Below are positions 1-10,485 of a stretch of 64,000 bases of DNA, piece by piece. Source of the DNA: Ignavibacteria bacterium (lineage in GTDB: Bacteria; Bacteroidota; Ignavibacteria; UBA10030; UBA6906); assembly GCA_040290295.1 (NCBI GenBank), contig PSMW01000009.1, forward strand, positions 39,200 to 103,199, read 5' to 3'. Below the pieces are notes generated by a model that made no database searches, was not told the origin of the DNA, and was given only the letters and a program-made list of their open reading frames with translations. Each line of letters starts with the position of its first letter. The first letter of the stretch is position 1. Position numbers and translations under genes: made by a program.

Positions 1-1377
1 ATGATTTTCTTCTTCCTCATTCCTTCCATCCCTGCCGTGCTGGGGAACTTCCTGGTGCCCTTGATGATCGGGGCAAAGGATTTGGCATTCCCGAAGTTGA
101 ATTTGTTGAGCTGGTATGTGTACAACATCGGCGGTATCTTTGCGCTTTATGCATTGGTGAATGGAGGCGTGGACACTGGTTGGACGTTCTACACACCGTA
201 CAGCTCCACATACTCGCTATCGAATGTGGTGCCGGTGGTGATCGGCGCGTTCATTTTGGGTTTCTCATCCATTCTGACCGCGGTGAACTTCATCGTCACC
301 ATTCACAAAATGCGTGCGCCGGGACTGACGTGGTTCAAGCTGCCGCTGTTTATCTGGGCAAGCTATGCGACGAGCATCATCACCGTTTTGGCAACGCCGG
401 TCATCGCCATAACGCTCGCCCTGCTCGCGTTCGAACGGGTGATGGGCGTCGGCATCTTCGATCCTGCGCTCGGCGGCGATCCGATTCTCTTTCAACATCT
501 CTTTTGGTTTTATTCTCATCCGGCAGTGTACATCATGATTCTGCCTTCGATGGGTGTGGTGAGTGAAGTGGTGAGCTGCTTCGCTCGCAAAAAGATCTTC
601 GGCTACAAGTTCATGGCAGGCGCCATCATGGCGATTGCGATCTTCAGCTTTTTGGTGTGGGGACACCACATGTTCGTCAGCGGGCAATCGGTGTATGCAG
701 GCTACGTCTTCTCGGCGTTGAGTTTCATGGTGGCGATTCCCTCGGCGATCAAGGTGTTCAACTGGACTGCTACATTGTACAAAGGCAACATCGAGTTTCG
801 CACACCCATTCTCTATGCGTTCGGCTTCATCGGCTTGTTCACGATCGGCGGGCTGACGGGCTTGTTCCTTGCTTCGCTCGCAACGAATGTCCATCTGACC
901 GATACGTACTTCGTGGTTGCGCATTTCCATTACATCATGGTCGGTGGGGCGGTGATGGGCTACTTGGGCGGTATCCACTACTGGTGGCCCAAGATGACCG
1001 GACGCATGTACAACGAAGCGTGGGCAAAGTTTTCGGCGCTCATACTGTTCGTCGGTTTCAATCTGACGTTCTTCCCCCAGTTCATTCTGGGGTATCTCGG
1101 CATGCCGCGTCGGTACTATATCTATCCGCCTGAGTTTCAAGTGCTGAACGTGCTCTCGACTGCCGGGTCGACCATCTTGGGGCTGGGCTACATCATCCCG
1201 ATGGTGTATCTACTCTGGTCGTTACGAAAAGAAAAAAATGTGGGTGCCAATCTGTGGGGCGCAACCGGCTTGGAGTGGACAACGCAGTCGCCGCCAACGA
1301 CGCACAACTTCGAAAAAATTCCCGTGGTGACGGGTGAACCCTACATGTATCATCAGGAGGCGAAAAGTGCCGCATAG
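1..1377 (+). CDS. ctaD: cytochrome c oxidase subunit I (heme-copper oxidase), 5' end outside window
   Basis: ORF open at window start. Translation has subunit I hallmarks ([30 protein letters not shown]) and about 12 TM helices. Confidence 0.95.
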   Translation: MIFFFLIPSIPAVLGNFLVPLMIGAKDLAFPKLNLLSWYVYNIGGIFALYALVNGGVDTGWTFYTPYSSTYSLSNVVPVVIGAFILGFSSILTAVNFIVTIHKMRAPGLTWFKLPLFIWASYATSIITVLATPVIAITLALLAFERVMGVGIFDPALGGDPILFQHLFWFYSHPAVYIMILPSMGVVSEVVSCFARKKIFGYKFMAGAIMAIAIFSFLVWGHHMFVSGQSVYAGYVFSALSFMVAIPSAIKVFNWTATLYKGNIEFRTPILYAFGFIGLFTIGGLTGLFLASLATNVHLTDTYFVVAHFHYIMVGGAVMGYLGGIHYWWPKMTGRMYNEAWAKFSALILFVGFNLTFFPQFILGYLGMPRRYYIYPPEFQVLNVLSTAGSTILGLGYIIPMVYLLWSLRKEKNVGANLWGATGLEWTTQSPPTTHNFEKIPVVTGEPYMYHQEAKSAA

Positions 1378-2023
1378 TCCCGAAAGCGTGCAAGCCCGCG
1401 CTCACCACTTCGTCGATATGGAACAACAGCGTGAAGCAGGCACGCTGGGCATGTGGGCGTTCTTGGTCACCGAGATCATGTTCTTCGGCGGATTGTTTCT
1501 TGCGTATGCGATGTACCGGGCAATGTACCCGGAGGCGTTCGCCGCGGCGAGTCATCGTCTCAACATCATCCTCGGGGCTCTGAACACGGGTGTCCTGATT
1601 TGCAGTAGCCTCACGATGGTCCTCGCCGTGCGGAGCGCTCAGCTCGGCGAAGTGAAGGCGTTGAAGCGCTATCTCGTCGCAACGATCGTTCTCGGATCGG
1701 CTTTCCTTGTGGTGAAAGCATTTGAGTACTCGCACAAGATTCATGAGCATCTCGTGCCGGGAGCATCGTTTCACTTCGAAGGCCCCTACGGACAGCACGC
1801 AGAGATTTTCTTCTCCTTGTATTTTATGATGACGGGCCTGCATGCATTGCATATGATCATCGGTATCGGCGTGTTGCTCGTGTTGTTGTACATGGCGCAG
1901 CGAGGTCGATTCACTGCCGAATACTATTCGCCGGTCGATATTGCAGGTTTGTATTGGCACTTCGTGGACATCGTCTGGATCTATTTGTTCCCACTGTTGT
2001 ATCTGATCGGGAGGGATACGTAA
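1367..2023 (+). CDS. ctaE: cytochrome c oxidase subunit III
   Basis: Translation ([17 protein letters not shown] ... [13 protein letters not shown]) is typical of Cox3. GTG at 1367 lies 6 nt after AGGAGG (1355-1360) and overlaps the ctaD stop. The track ORF begins at 1334. Confidence 0.85.
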   Translation: MPHSPESVQARAHHFVDMEQQREAGTLGMWAFLVTEIMFFGGLFLAYAMYRAMYPEAFAAASHRLNIILGALNTGVLICSSLTMVLAVRSAQLGEVKALKRYLVATIVLGSAFLVVKAFEYSHKIHEHLVPGASFHFEGPYGQHAEIFFSLYFMMTGLHALHMIIGIGVLLVLLYMAQRGRFTAEYYSPVDIAGLYWHFVDIVWIYLFPLLYLIGRDT

Positions 2024-2024
2024 C

Positions 2025-2300
2025 GTGTCGCAACACGTCATTCCACAGAAAGTCTATTATCTCGTCTTCGTTACACTGATTCTGCTGACACTGGTAACGG
2101 TGGACGTAGCATTCTACAACTTGGGGTTCTTGAGTCTTTTCATCGCGTTGGGGATCGCAACGGTGAAAGCAACGATCGTCGCGATGTACTTTATGCACCT
2201 GCGCTACAATCTGAAACTCACGTGGCTCTTCGCGGGTGCGGGATTGCTGTGGCTCTTCATCATGTTCGTTCTCACCATCGCCGACTACGTGACGCGATGA
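2025..2300 (+). CDS. prokaryotic cytochrome c oxidase subunit IV family protein
   Basis: 91 aa with 3 TM helices, immediately after Cox3. GTG start follows GGGAGGGA (2009-2016). Size, position and sequence (KATIVAMYFMHL) fit COX4_pro. Confidence 0.7.
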   Translation: MSQHVIPQKVYYLVFVTLILLTLVTVDVAFYNLGFLSLFIALGIATVKATIVAMYFMHLRYNLKLTWLFAGAGLLWLFIMFVLTIADYVTR

Positions 2301-2367
2301 GGTGCGGTGGACACCGCCGGTATGCGATCGCCGCTCGGAGTTGTCCGTGACCGCTCACGCCGAATAT

Positions 2368-3180
2368 ATGACACGACAAGCAGGTGGTGTTATGACACGA
2401 CTCATGCTCATCGTTATAGGGATGGTGGCGTTGGCAAGTTGCACGAAGCGACAGCCGCACGTTTCGGAGCGCACCATCATTGATCTCACCTATGCATTCG
2501 ACAGCACGACGATCTATTGGCCCACGGAGAAAGGCTTCCGGTTCGAGAAAGGATTCGAAGGCATTACGCCGGGCGGATATTTTTACAGTGCCAACAGTTT
2601 TGCTGCACCTGAGCACGGCGGCACGCACATCGATGCACCCATCCATTTTGCGGAGGGCAAGCACACGGCCGATGCGATTCCCGTCGAGCAGCTCGTTGCC
2701 CGTGGCGTTTTGATCGACGTCTCGAAGAAGTGTGCTGCGAATCGAGACTACCAAGTACAGATCGAGGATTTCGTGGAGTGGGAGCGCAACCATGGAGAGT
2801 TGCCAAAGGGATGCATCGTGCTGATGCGGACCGGCTTCGGTACATTTTGGCCCGATCGTGTGGCGTACATGGGGACGGATGAACGAGGACAGGACGCGGT
2901 GGAGAAACTTCACTTTCCCGGCTTGCATCCCGAAACTGCAAAGTGGTTGGTCAGCAGTCGCTCGATCAAAGCGATTGGGTTGGACACACCGAGTATCGAC
3001 TACGGACAATCGACACAGTTCGAAAGTCATGTCACGCTCTTTGTTGCCAACATTCCTGCTTTCGAAAATGTGGCTCATCTCGATCGTCTTCCCGCGACGG
3101 GATTCACCATCGTCGCCCTCCCGATGAAGATCAACCGCGGTAGCGGTGCTCCACTGCGCATCATTGCGATCATGGATTGA
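2368..3180 (+). CDS. cyclase family protein / kynurenine formamidase-like hydrolase, probable lipoprotein
   Basis: HGGTHIDAPIHF metal-binding motif of the putative-cyclase/KynB family. N-terminus has a signal with LASC lipobox. Start is uncertain (ATG at 2368 or 2392). Confidence 0.7.
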   Translation: MTRQAGGVMTRLMLIVIGMVALASCTKRQPHVSERTIIDLTYAFDSTTIYWPTEKGFRFEKGFEGITPGGYFYSANSFAAPEHGGTHIDAPIHFAEGKHTADAIPVEQLVARGVLIDVSKKCAANRDYQVQIEDFVEWERNHGELPKGCIVLMRTGFGTFWPDRVAYMGTDERGQDAVEKLHFPGLHPETAKWLVSSRSIKAIGLDTPSIDYGQSTQFESHVTLFVANIPAFENVAHLDRLPATGFTIVALPMKINRGSGAPLRIIAIMD

Positions 3181-3272
3181 TTCCCTCTTCCTCCTTCTCT
3201 GCTGCCGTTCCAACTCAGTGATTGCTTTCGTATATTGGCAGTGCCATTTCTTGCAACCACGATACACGTCCC

Positions 3273-4673
3273 ATGATCGTCATGAAGTTTGGCGGCACGT
3301 CGAATGAAGATGCCGCCGCAATGCGCAATGTGATTCGTCTGGTCAAAGAGCACGTCTCCTACCAACCTGTGGTCGTCATCTCGGCGATCGCCCGCGCCAC
3401 CAACGAACTCGAGCTTACTGCGCGCACAGCCGCTACCGGCAAGGAGGAAGAGGCGGTCGGGATCGTCACGCGTCTGTTCGAACGACACAACACGATCCTG
3501 GATGCTCTTCTCAACGAGCGTTCGCGTGCGGCAGAGCTTGAGGACATCTTCTATCGCCACCTTCTCGACATCACGACCATCATCAAGGGCATTGCGATCC
3601 TCCGTGAACTCACTCCACGCACGATGGATGCTCTCTGTTCGTACGGCGAACGTCTTTCGAGTCGCATTATCGCGGCGGGGTTGCAAGAAGCGGGCGTCGA
3701 AGCGGTATGGATCGATGCGAGCGAGTTCATGATCACCGATGACAATTTCGGTCGCGCACAGCCCGTGATGGCATTGGTGGCGGACAATTTGGAAAAGAAA
3801 GTTCGCCCCCTCCTGCACGCCGGGAAGGTGCCCGTTACACAAGGATATATCGGCGTAACACGCAACGGCGAGTACACAACGATGGGAAGAGAAAGTTCGG
3901 ACTATTCCGCTTCCATCATCGGCGGAGCGATGAACGCCGAGCGGGTGCAAATCTGGACCGACGTCGATGGGATTCTCACGGCCGATCCGCGTGTCGTTCG
4001 TGCAGCGAAAAAGTTGAAACGCTTGTCCTTCGAAGAAGCATTCGAGCTTTCGTATTTCGGCGCTAAAGTCCTGCATCCCCGCACCATGTTGCCCGTGATC
4101 GAAAAGAACATCCCTGTGCAGATTCTCAACTCGAAGCGTAGCGGAACCGGCACGCTGGTGGATTTTCACGCAACGGGTACGAACGACGCCGAGGCGATCG
4201 TGAAGTCGATCGCACACAAACAACGGATCGCAGTGGTTGCTCTGTCACCGCACCGCAGGTTCAGTCAGTATGTTTTTTGGGAAGAGGTGTTCAACGTGTT
4301 GACGGGCTATGGCATCACCACGGGTATCACGGCCGCATCGGAGTACTCGCTTGCGTTTTCGATGGACTCGGGTCTGCTGACGCAGGGCTTGGTGCACGAG
4401 TTGGAACGGTTCGGGCGTGTGGAGGTGCTGCACGAGAAGGGAAGCATTTGCTTGGTCGGGAAGGGGTTACGTCGTTCGGCGAACATGCTCCCGCGCGTGT
4501 TCAAAGCGCTGGCAGGGATTGCCGTGGCAATGGTTTCTTTCGGCGCTTCGGATCTGAACATCACGCTGGTGTTGGATGGGGATCGGCTGCATGATGCGGT
4601 CAACCGGCTGCATGCCGAATTCTTCGAAGAGGTAACCTTACCGGACATCTGCGAGGAGGTTCCGCCCGCGTGA
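3273..4673 (+). CDS. lysC: aspartate kinase
   Basis: MIVMKFGGTS start motif, amino-acid kinase core and C-terminal ACT-like region. The track ORF starts at 3222, but the conserved N-terminus begins at ATG 3273. Confidence 0.9.
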   Translation: MIVMKFGGTSNEDAAAMRNVIRLVKEHVSYQPVVVISAIARATNELELTARTAATGKEEEAVGIVTRLFERHNTILDALLNERSRAAELEDIFYRHLLDITTIIKGIAILRELTPRTMDALCSYGERLSSRIIAAGLQEAGVEAVWIDASEFMITDDNFGRAQPVMALVADNLEKKVRPLLHAGKVPVTQGYIGVTRNGEYTTMGRESSDYSASIIGGAMNAERVQIWTDVDGILTADPRVVRAAKKLKRLSFEEAFELSYFGAKVLHPRTMLPVIEKNIPVQILNSKRSGTGTLVDFHATGTNDAEAIVKSIAHKQRIAVVALSPHRRFSQYVFWEEVFNVLTGYGITTGITAASEYSLAFSMDSGLLTQGLVHELERFGRVEVLHEKGSICLVGKGLRRSANMLPRVFKALAGIAVAMVSFGASDLNITLVLDGDRLHDAVNRLHAEFFEEVTLPDICEEVPPA

Positions 4674-5449
4674 GCACCCCTCGGCAACGCTCCCGCACAG
4701 AGGCCGCACGCCGCGTTCGTGTCAAGAGCAGAGTGCTGCGTGTCGCGAAGCAGTTAGAGAATTTTCTCGGCGTGCCGCGCCAAACTCATCCGCTGCCACC
4801 GCCGCTCGACATGTTGATTGCCACCATCCTCTCGCAAAACACCAACGACAAGAATAGCTACCGCGCGTACACGGAACTGCGCAAACGTTTCACCGGATGG
4901 GATGAGGTTGCGCGCGCTCCACTCCATCGACTCAAAGCGGCGATCGTCTCGGGGGGGATGGCGAATCAAAAAGCCGCTCGCATCAAAGAGATTCTCGCGA
5001 CTATCAAACAGCGCTACGGTGCATACGACCTTTCCTCGCTCGCCCACAAATCGAATGAAGCGGTCATCGAAGAGCTTGTTCGCTTCAACGGCGTTGGACT
5101 GAAAACCGCGTCGTGCGTTCTTCTCTTCTCGCTTGGGAGAGATGTCTTTCCCGTGGATACCCATGTTCATCGTATCTGCAACCGTCTCGGCTTTGTCAAT
5201 GACTCGCGTACTCCGGAAGCGACTTTTGAGATGATGAAGCCGCTCATCCCGAAGGGGAGAGGATATTCGTTCCATACGAATCTGATTCGTTTCGGGAGAA
5301 TGGTCTGTCGCTCCTCCCAGCCGCGCTGCCATCTCTGTCCGCTCTTCGATAAATGCCGCTACGAAGGGAAATCAGCCCGACGCAAGCAAACGGCTCCAAC
5401 GGCTTCGGGTGCCGAGCACAGCTTCATGTTGCTGGACAACGTGCGATGA
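4670..5449 (+). CDS. nth: endonuclease III-like HhH-GPD DNA glycosylase with 4Fe-4S cluster
   Basis: HhH motif (GVGLKTASCVLLF), catalytic-region PVDTHV, and C-terminal CX6CX2CX5C (CRSSQPRCHLCPLFDKC). GTGA overlap with the lysC stop. Confidence 0.8.
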   Translation: MSTPRQRSRTEAARRVRVKSRVLRVAKQLENFLGVPRQTHPLPPPLDMLIATILSQNTNDKNSYRAYTELRKRFTGWDEVARAPLHRLKAAIVSGGMANQKAARIKEILATIKQRYGAYDLSSLAHKSNEAVIEELVRFNGVGLKTASCVLLFSLGRDVFPVDTHVHRICNRLGFVNDSRTPEATFEMMKPLIPKGRGYSFHTNLIRFGRMVCRSSQPRCHLCPLFDKCRYEGKSARRKQTAPTASGAEHSFMLLDNVR

Positions 5450-6477
5450 CGATCGCGACGAACGATATTCGAAAGATTCTCATCATCAAATTAGGCGGAC
5501 TGGGAGATGTGTTTCTCTCGACGATCGTCCTCGATAGCCTGCGAGCATCGTTTCCGTCGGCACGCATCGAGTATTGCGTGGAGAAAGCGGGGCGGGAAGC
5601 GATTGTGCGCGACCCGCGTGTCGATGGCGTCTTCGTTCTTGACAAGGCGACGATGCATCCGCTCGCGGTGATTCGCCACATACGGGGGCAACGGTACGAC
5701 ATGGTGATCGATTTGTTCGGCAACCCACGCTCGGCGGTGATGGCATTGTTCAGCGGAGCGAGATACCGTGTGGGACTCGACTACGGATGGCGACGATACT
5801 TGTACACCGTTGTTGGAGAGGCGCAACGCGAAAAGTTGCATGGAGCGGAAGTCAATCTCCAAGCGCTACGTGCGCTCGGCATTCCGATCACGCGTACGGC
5901 ACTTGTCTATCCTTTGACGGACGAGGACCGATCGTACGCCGAGCGGATATGGGTGACGCAGGAGCTCGAGGGGCAATTCGTGCTCGGCATTCTGCCCGCG
6001 GGGAGCTGGCCCTCGAAGCGATGCGAGCCGGAAAAGTTTGCGGAGCTTGCCCTCGCGCTGAGCGCAGAGTACAACGCACGCATGCTCATCGTGTGGGGCC
6101 CGGCAGATGAGTCCGACGCAGCCGCCATCGCAGAGCGCTGTGGTGAACGCGCCATCCTCGCACCGCGCGCCACACTCTCCTCCAATCTCGCCTTATTGGC
6201 GCGCTGCTCGGCGATCGTTGCAAACGATTCGGGTCCCATGCATCTTGCCTCCGGATTTGGTGTGCCGATTCTTTGTCTGTACGGTCCCACGTATCCCGAA
6301 GGTCCGTACGGAACCATCCACGGTTGGGTGAGGAACGAGCAGCTCGACTGTTTGGTGTGCAATTATCTGCAATGCCCCATTCAGCATCAGTGCATGAGGG
6401 AGCTGCCGTTGGAGGCGGTGCAACGGGAGTTCAGAAAGATGATGGAGAAAGCACGAAAGGTCAACGCTTGCCGCTGA
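5446..6477 (+). CDS. glycosyltransferase family 9 (heptosyltransferase-like)
   Basis: KILIIKLGGLGDV N-terminal motif and C-terminal NDSGPMHLA motif typical of GT9. ATGA overlap with the nth stop. Confidence 0.8.
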   Translation: MTIATNDIRKILIIKLGGLGDVFLSTIVLDSLRASFPSARIEYCVEKAGREAIVRDPRVDGVFVLDKATMHPLAVIRHIRGQRYDMVIDLFGNPRSAVMALFSGARYRVGLDYGWRRYLYTVVGEAQREKLHGAEVNLQALRALGIPITRTALVYPLTDEDRSYAERIWVTQELEGQFVLGILPAGSWPSKRCEPEKFAELALALSAEYNARMLIVWGPADESDAAAIAERCGERAILAPRATLSSNLALLARCSAIVANDSGPMHLASGFGVPILCLYGPTYPEGPYGTIHGWVRNEQLDCLVCNYLQCPIQHQCMRELPLEAVQREFRKMMEKARKVNACR

Positions 6478-6961
6478 TATGCTTCTCGAACGTTGTCGTG
6501 AGGTAATGATCTTCTGCGATGAACGAGAGGACATTCATGAAGCGCTGCGGATCGGCAAAGCCGGGATACATGGTAATCGGCTCGCCATCGGATCGGAGAA
6601 AGATTGTGCTGGGATAGCCATCGATGCCAAACGCGGCGGCAAGCTCACGTTCGGTGTAACGATTCCCTTTGTACGACAGCGTACGCTCCGATTCTGCATC
6701 GAGCTTGACGACAACATAACGCTTGGTGAGATAATCGGCGACTGCCTCGTCGGCGTAGGTTTGAACATCCATCTTCTTGCACCATCCACACCAGGTGGTG
6801 AACACGTCGATCAAGACTTTCTTGTTGGTGGATTTCGCCTCAGCGAGCCCCTCATCGAACGACCTCCAACGTAAGGCATTTTCCCCCGCTTGGAGATCTC
6901 CCGCCCATGAAGGTGCCAGCACGGCTAAAGCCACGAGTACCATCCAGCGTTGTATTGCCAA
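6461..6961 (-). CDS. secreted thioredoxin-fold protein
   Basis: Signal peptide followed by a WCGWCKKM redox motif in a thioredoxin-like context. The 3' end overlaps the convergent GT9 gene by 17 nt. Confidence 0.75.
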   Translation of the reverse strand: MAIQRWMVLVALAVLAPSWAGDLQAGENALRWRSFDEGLAEAKSTNKKVLIDVFTTWCGWCKKMDVQTYADEAVADYLTKRYVVVKLDAESERTLSYKGNRYTERELAAAFGIDGYPSTIFLRSDGEPITMYPGFADPQRFMNVLSFIAEDHYLTTTFEKHISGKR

Positions 6962-6969
6962 GCCTTCAG

Positions 6970-7896
6970 TTAAAACGTAATTGCTAACGAAACAGTGTGT
7001 CCGCTTCCCAATCCCTCCGCGAGAGGGATGAAGCCATAATCGAGATTGAACATGTCGTGCTTGATGCCTACGCCTGCGCTCAAGCCTCTCGCATGTGTTC
7101 CTGCTTGATAGCCCGCTCGCGCCGCCACGGTTTCATCGAACATCAACTCTCCTCCGAAGTTGAAAGATGATTTCTTTTCGGGGAAGACGTACACGATATC
7201 TGCGGAAACCATCAGTTCCGAAGTCATGCTCTCGATGGGGAATGAGTAGCCACTCCCGGCGCGTAGCAGTGCAGGTAACGTGATCTTCTGTGTGCGCATC
7301 GCCTTCATCGAGCCGATGTTGGCGAGCATGATACCGAACTGCAGATGGTCGATCGGCGGTGTGTAGTGTGCACCGATGTCGAAGGCGAAGCCATTGGCGT
7401 CGTCCACAAAGATCTTCTCGAACAAAAACTTACCGCTGACACCAATGCACACGTGATCGGAGAAACGTTGCGCATAGGTTGCCGAGACGGCAAAGTCGTG
7501 AGAGGTAAACGTATCTTCGGGTCTGCCGGGCCTCGTCCGCACCTCGATGTCGGATACCGACGCGGCGTTGACCGAGACACCGAGAGCACGATGCTCATCG
7601 AGTTGCACACTCACGCCGAGAAACTGAGCGCGCACGTCTTGAATCCATTCGCGATGCATTAGAAGAAATTGCGTCGAGCCGCTGTTGTCACTCAGCACGC
7701 CTGCCGGATTGTAAAACGTGGCTGCAGCACCGCTTGCTTGTGCCGTCATGGCGTCGCCCATGGCGAGACCTCTGCCCGAAACGCCGAACTTGAGAAACGC
7801 TAATCCGGCTTTACCGGCCTGGGCATAAGTCGGCAGCGGTCGCAACGGCACCGTGACTGCAATGAAGGAGATGAAGAGAATAAGCGAGCGCTTCAT
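6970..7896 (-). CDS. outer-membrane beta-barrel, PorV/PorQ-like (FadL superfamily)
   Basis: Signal peptide. N-terminal GRGLAMGDAMTAQASGAAATFYNPAG motif as in FadL/PorV/PorQ barrels. Alternating beta pattern and C-terminal Phe. Confidence 0.5.
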   Translation of the reverse strand: MKRSLILFISFIAVTVPLRPLPTYAQAGKAGLAFLKFGVSGRGLAMGDAMTAQASGAAATFYNPAGVLSDNSGSTQFLLMHREWIQDVRAQFLGVSVQLDEHRALGVSVNAASVSDIEVRTRPGRPEDTFTSHDFAVSATYAQRFSDHVCIGVSGKFLFEKIFVDDANGFAFDIGAHYTPPIDHLQFGIMLANIGSMKAMRTQKITLPALLRAGSGYSFPIESMTSELMVSADIVYVFPEKKSSFNFGGELMFDETVAARAGYQAGTHARGLSAGVGIKHDMFNLDYGFIPLAEGLGSGHTVSLAITF

Positions 7897-7903
7897 GTGC
7901 TTC

Positions 7904-8935
7904 TCAAAAAATAACGGAAATCGAAATCATGTGCATGGCTGAAGAAGCGAACGGTTCGATGACGAACGCATAGTTCAGAGCAGGCGTCCACGTATCGAAG
8001 TCTCGTCGAGCAGAAAAGCCGAACGTGGGACGAACGCCGTTGCCGCGCGTTTTCACGTCGATCCGGTCGATGCCGGCGCGGAGCACCAATTCGGGTATCA
8101 CGATCACTTCGGCACCCATCTTCACGACAACCGTGGATTGATCGCTGAACTCGACATCGACGGCGACAGTACCGATCGTATCGGGCAGTTGGTATGCCGC
8201 GCCGACGGTGTACAGGCGCGGAAAACGATCGGTGCTTGTGGCCGCTGCTTCGGTGTAGATCGCTTTGGTGTCCCAACTGTACTTCGAGCTGAAATCTCTT
8301 GCCGTCGCGCCCAACGTGAGCCGCTCGGAGATAGGGTAGAGCACGCCGAGATCGAATCCGAACGTCGATGAATTGACGTCGGTGTAGAGGTGATGGTAGA
8401 GATACTTGATGGTGATGCCGATGGCGAGTGAATTCTTGAGACTCGTTCCGAAGCTCAACATCGCCTGATTCTCAGAGGTTTGGAGCAGACCCGTCGGTTC
8501 GCCGTCTCTGTCTCGTCCATCGATCTTTGTGACACCTCCATTGATGATGCCGATAGCGATTCCCGCTCGAGGCTTCGCGGCGCTGGTGCCGGCGTTTTCA
8601 TTCTGCGACGGTGTGGGTCCCAACGGTTGCATGAAGTTCAAAAAATTCAGGCGCCTATCCATTGCAAGAATGCCGAACGATGCCGAGATGTTCCGGTACT
8701 GCGCAAATGGTAGTGTTGCCGGGTTGTAATAGCCAACGGCGTCGCCGGTGGTCACGGCAGTCAACGCATTGCCCATACCCATGCCGCGTGCACCGAAACC
8801 CATTCGGCTGTACGCGCCTGCGCGACCACCCAGTTGTGCCGATGAATGTACAGGGTGCATCACGAGCATGCCGAGCATTACTCCCTGCAAAAGTATGTTC
8901 ATAGAGAGGATTCGCGGAAGCGGGAGTCGGGTCAT
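7904..8935 (-). CDS. outer-membrane beta-barrel, PorV/PorQ-like (second copy)
   Basis: ARGMGMGNALTAVTTGDAVGYYNPATL motif and C-terminal ...SVIF. ATG 8935 forms an ATGA overlap with the upstream gene's stop. The track ORF starts at 8959. Confidence 0.5.
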   Translation of the reverse strand: MTRLPLPRILSMNILLQGVMLGMLVMHPVHSSAQLGGRAGAYSRMGFGARGMGMGNALTAVTTGDAVGYYNPATLPFAQYRNISASFGILAMDRRLNFLNFMQPLGPTPSQNENAGTSAAKPRAGIAIGIINGGVTKIDGRDRDGEPTGLLQTSENQAMLSFGTSLKNSLAIGITIKYLYHHLYTDVNSSTFGFDLGVLYPISERLTLGATARDFSSKYSWDTKAIYTEAAATSTDRFPRLYTVGAAYQLPDTIGTVAVDVEFSDQSTVVVKMGAEVIVIPELVLRAGIDRIDVKTRGNGVRPTFGFSARRDFDTWTPALNYAFVIEPFASSAMHMISISVIF

Positions 8936-10485
8936 TGCAACACCATCACCTTTCCCCACGATGGTTCTGCTCCAGCGATGGTGACCCGGTAGAAGTACAC
9001 GCCATTGGCGACTTGTCGGTCGGCATCATCGCGGCCATCCCAAATCTCATCATGGTCGTTGGTGCCGGAACGCTGCGCATCCTTGATCACTGTCCGTACG
9101 CGGTTCATGCCGAAGTCGAAGACCTCGATCGTTACCGATGCCGAGCGCCCGCCGGTGCTGTAGTGAAAGCGAACGGGTTCTTGCTTCGGTGAAAACGGAT
9201 TGGGATAAGCGTATGTTGTGCCGGTTGTGCCGACCGGGCGAAATGCGCGCAGCACGTGCCATGTTTCGCCGAAGGCATGTACAGCATTGTCGATCGTTTT
9301 TGCCAGCCCTTCTGAACCGCCGCAATAGACCGTATCAGCCACAACATCGACCGAAAAGAATTGTCGCGAGGTGAACCGATTCCCCGACGCGCGGTCGATG
9401 ATCGTTCCGGATTGCGTCCACGTCTCGCCGCCATCGGCCGAGCGGAAGATACCATCGTCGGTTGCAACGTACACGATCGAATCTTTGAATGCGAAATCGT
9501 ATGACTTAACGCCGTGGAGGAAGTTTCGCCAAATGCGGCCATCGTCATCGGTGAAGCTGATGCCGAATTGCTCGTTCGGGTCATCGGCCCTCCAGTTTGT
9601 ACACCAGATCCGCTGGTGCGAGCCTCTCTGCTGGCCGTCGATGGCGATGACCCAGTTGCCGAGGATGTGCGCAACTTGGTTTTGCGCGGAGAATTTGGTC
9701 CAACTCACTCCACCATCGGTCGATCGGTTGATGCCGCCTGCGGTACCACACCAGATCGTGGAATCGTTCTGCACGTACACAGCAAAGGCAAGAAAATTGT
9801 TATTCCGGCGGGGATCGACGAGATAACCGCTCAGTGGATCATCGGGCGCGATGCTGTTACGCGTGTCGGAGGGCAAAACGGTTCGTTGCCACGACGCACC
9901 GCGGTTCGTCGATTTGCGCAGGCCGCTCGCCCAGCTTGCAATCCATACCACACTGTCGGTGAATGCGAGGTCGAACGTGACATTTTGTTCGGGAACGATG
10001 ATGGGAAGGAACTTGATCCGGTTACTTCCGTACATCACGATGCTGTCATCCGGTGCATCGAGCGGCTGTGGGACATGTGTCCACGTTCTGCCCGCGTCGA
10101 GCGAGTACGTGTATCCCGATCCTGTTTGTACTGTGCGATTGTCTTCACCTTCCACCCGCTTGTTGAATCCTGTGGCGGTCCAAATGACGCTGCCGCGAAC
10201 AGCAAGGGAGAAGATGCCATCGTTGACGAACGCGGGAACAGAACGAAAACTTTCCCACGTTCCGCCGCCATCGGTCGTACGTGCAAGCCCTTTGCTCGTG
10301 CCGACGTAAACGGTATTTCCATCGCTTGCAAGGTGTGAGATCGAATTATTGGGAAGCGTGGATGAAGCCGATTGTTGTATTCCTTCGAGCTTCGGTGTAC
10401 TCAAGCGAAGGCTCTGCCCGGCAGCAAAAGGCGCGATACCGATGCGCAGGATGATGAGTGAAAGGAGAAAGCGGATCGTCATCAT
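8932..10485 (-). CDS. BNR/Asp-box repeat beta-propeller protein with T9SS-type (FlgD-Ig-like) C-terminal domain
   Basis: Repeated SxDxGxTW boxes (TTDGGGTWES, SLDAGRTWTH, STDGGVSWTK, SADGGETWTQ). C-terminus YAYPNPFSP...VANGVYFYRV...KVMVLQ resembles T9SS sorting domains. Confidence 0.7.
   Translation of the reverse strand: MMTIRFLLSLIILRIGIAPFAAGQSLRLSTPKLEGIQQSASSTLPNNSISHLASDGNTVYVGTSKGLARTTDGGGTWESFRSVPAFVNDGIFSLAVRGSVIWTATGFNKRVEGEDNRTVQTGSGYTYSLDAGRTWTHVPQPLDAPDDSIVMYGSNRIKFLPIIVPEQNVTFDLAFTDSVVWIASWASGLRKSTNRGASWQRTVLPSDTRNSIAPDDPLSGYLVDPRRNNNFLAFAVYVQNDSTIWCGTAGGINRSTDGGVSWTKFSAQNQVAHILGNWVIAIDGQQRGSHQRIWCTNWRADDPNEQFGISFTDDDGRIWRNFLHGVKSYDFAFKDSIVYVATDDGIFRSADGGETWTQSGTIIDRASGNRFTSRQFFSVDVVADTVYCGGSEGLAKTIDNAVHAFGETWHVLRAFRPVGTTGTTYAYPNPFSPKQEPVRFHYSTGGRSASVTIEVFDFGMNRVRTVIKDAQRSGTNDHDEIWDGRDDADRQVANGVYFYRVTIAGAEPSWGKVMVLQ

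Noticed and set aside
3181-3272. Lysine riboswitch or sigma-54 promoter (TGGCAGTGCCATTTCTTGCA) upstream of lysC.
   Set aside because: The 92-nt spacer is too short for an L-box, and the GG/GC elements are 4 nt too far apart for -24/-12.
265-4223. Long antisense ORFs over the cox genes, the cyclase gene and lysC (265..1140, 1193..2041, 2272..3267, 3075..4223, all minus).
   Set aside because: These are shadow ORFs typical of high-GC DNA. Their translations are Arg/His/Asp-rich with no motifs, and the opposite strand encodes unmistakable conserved proteins.
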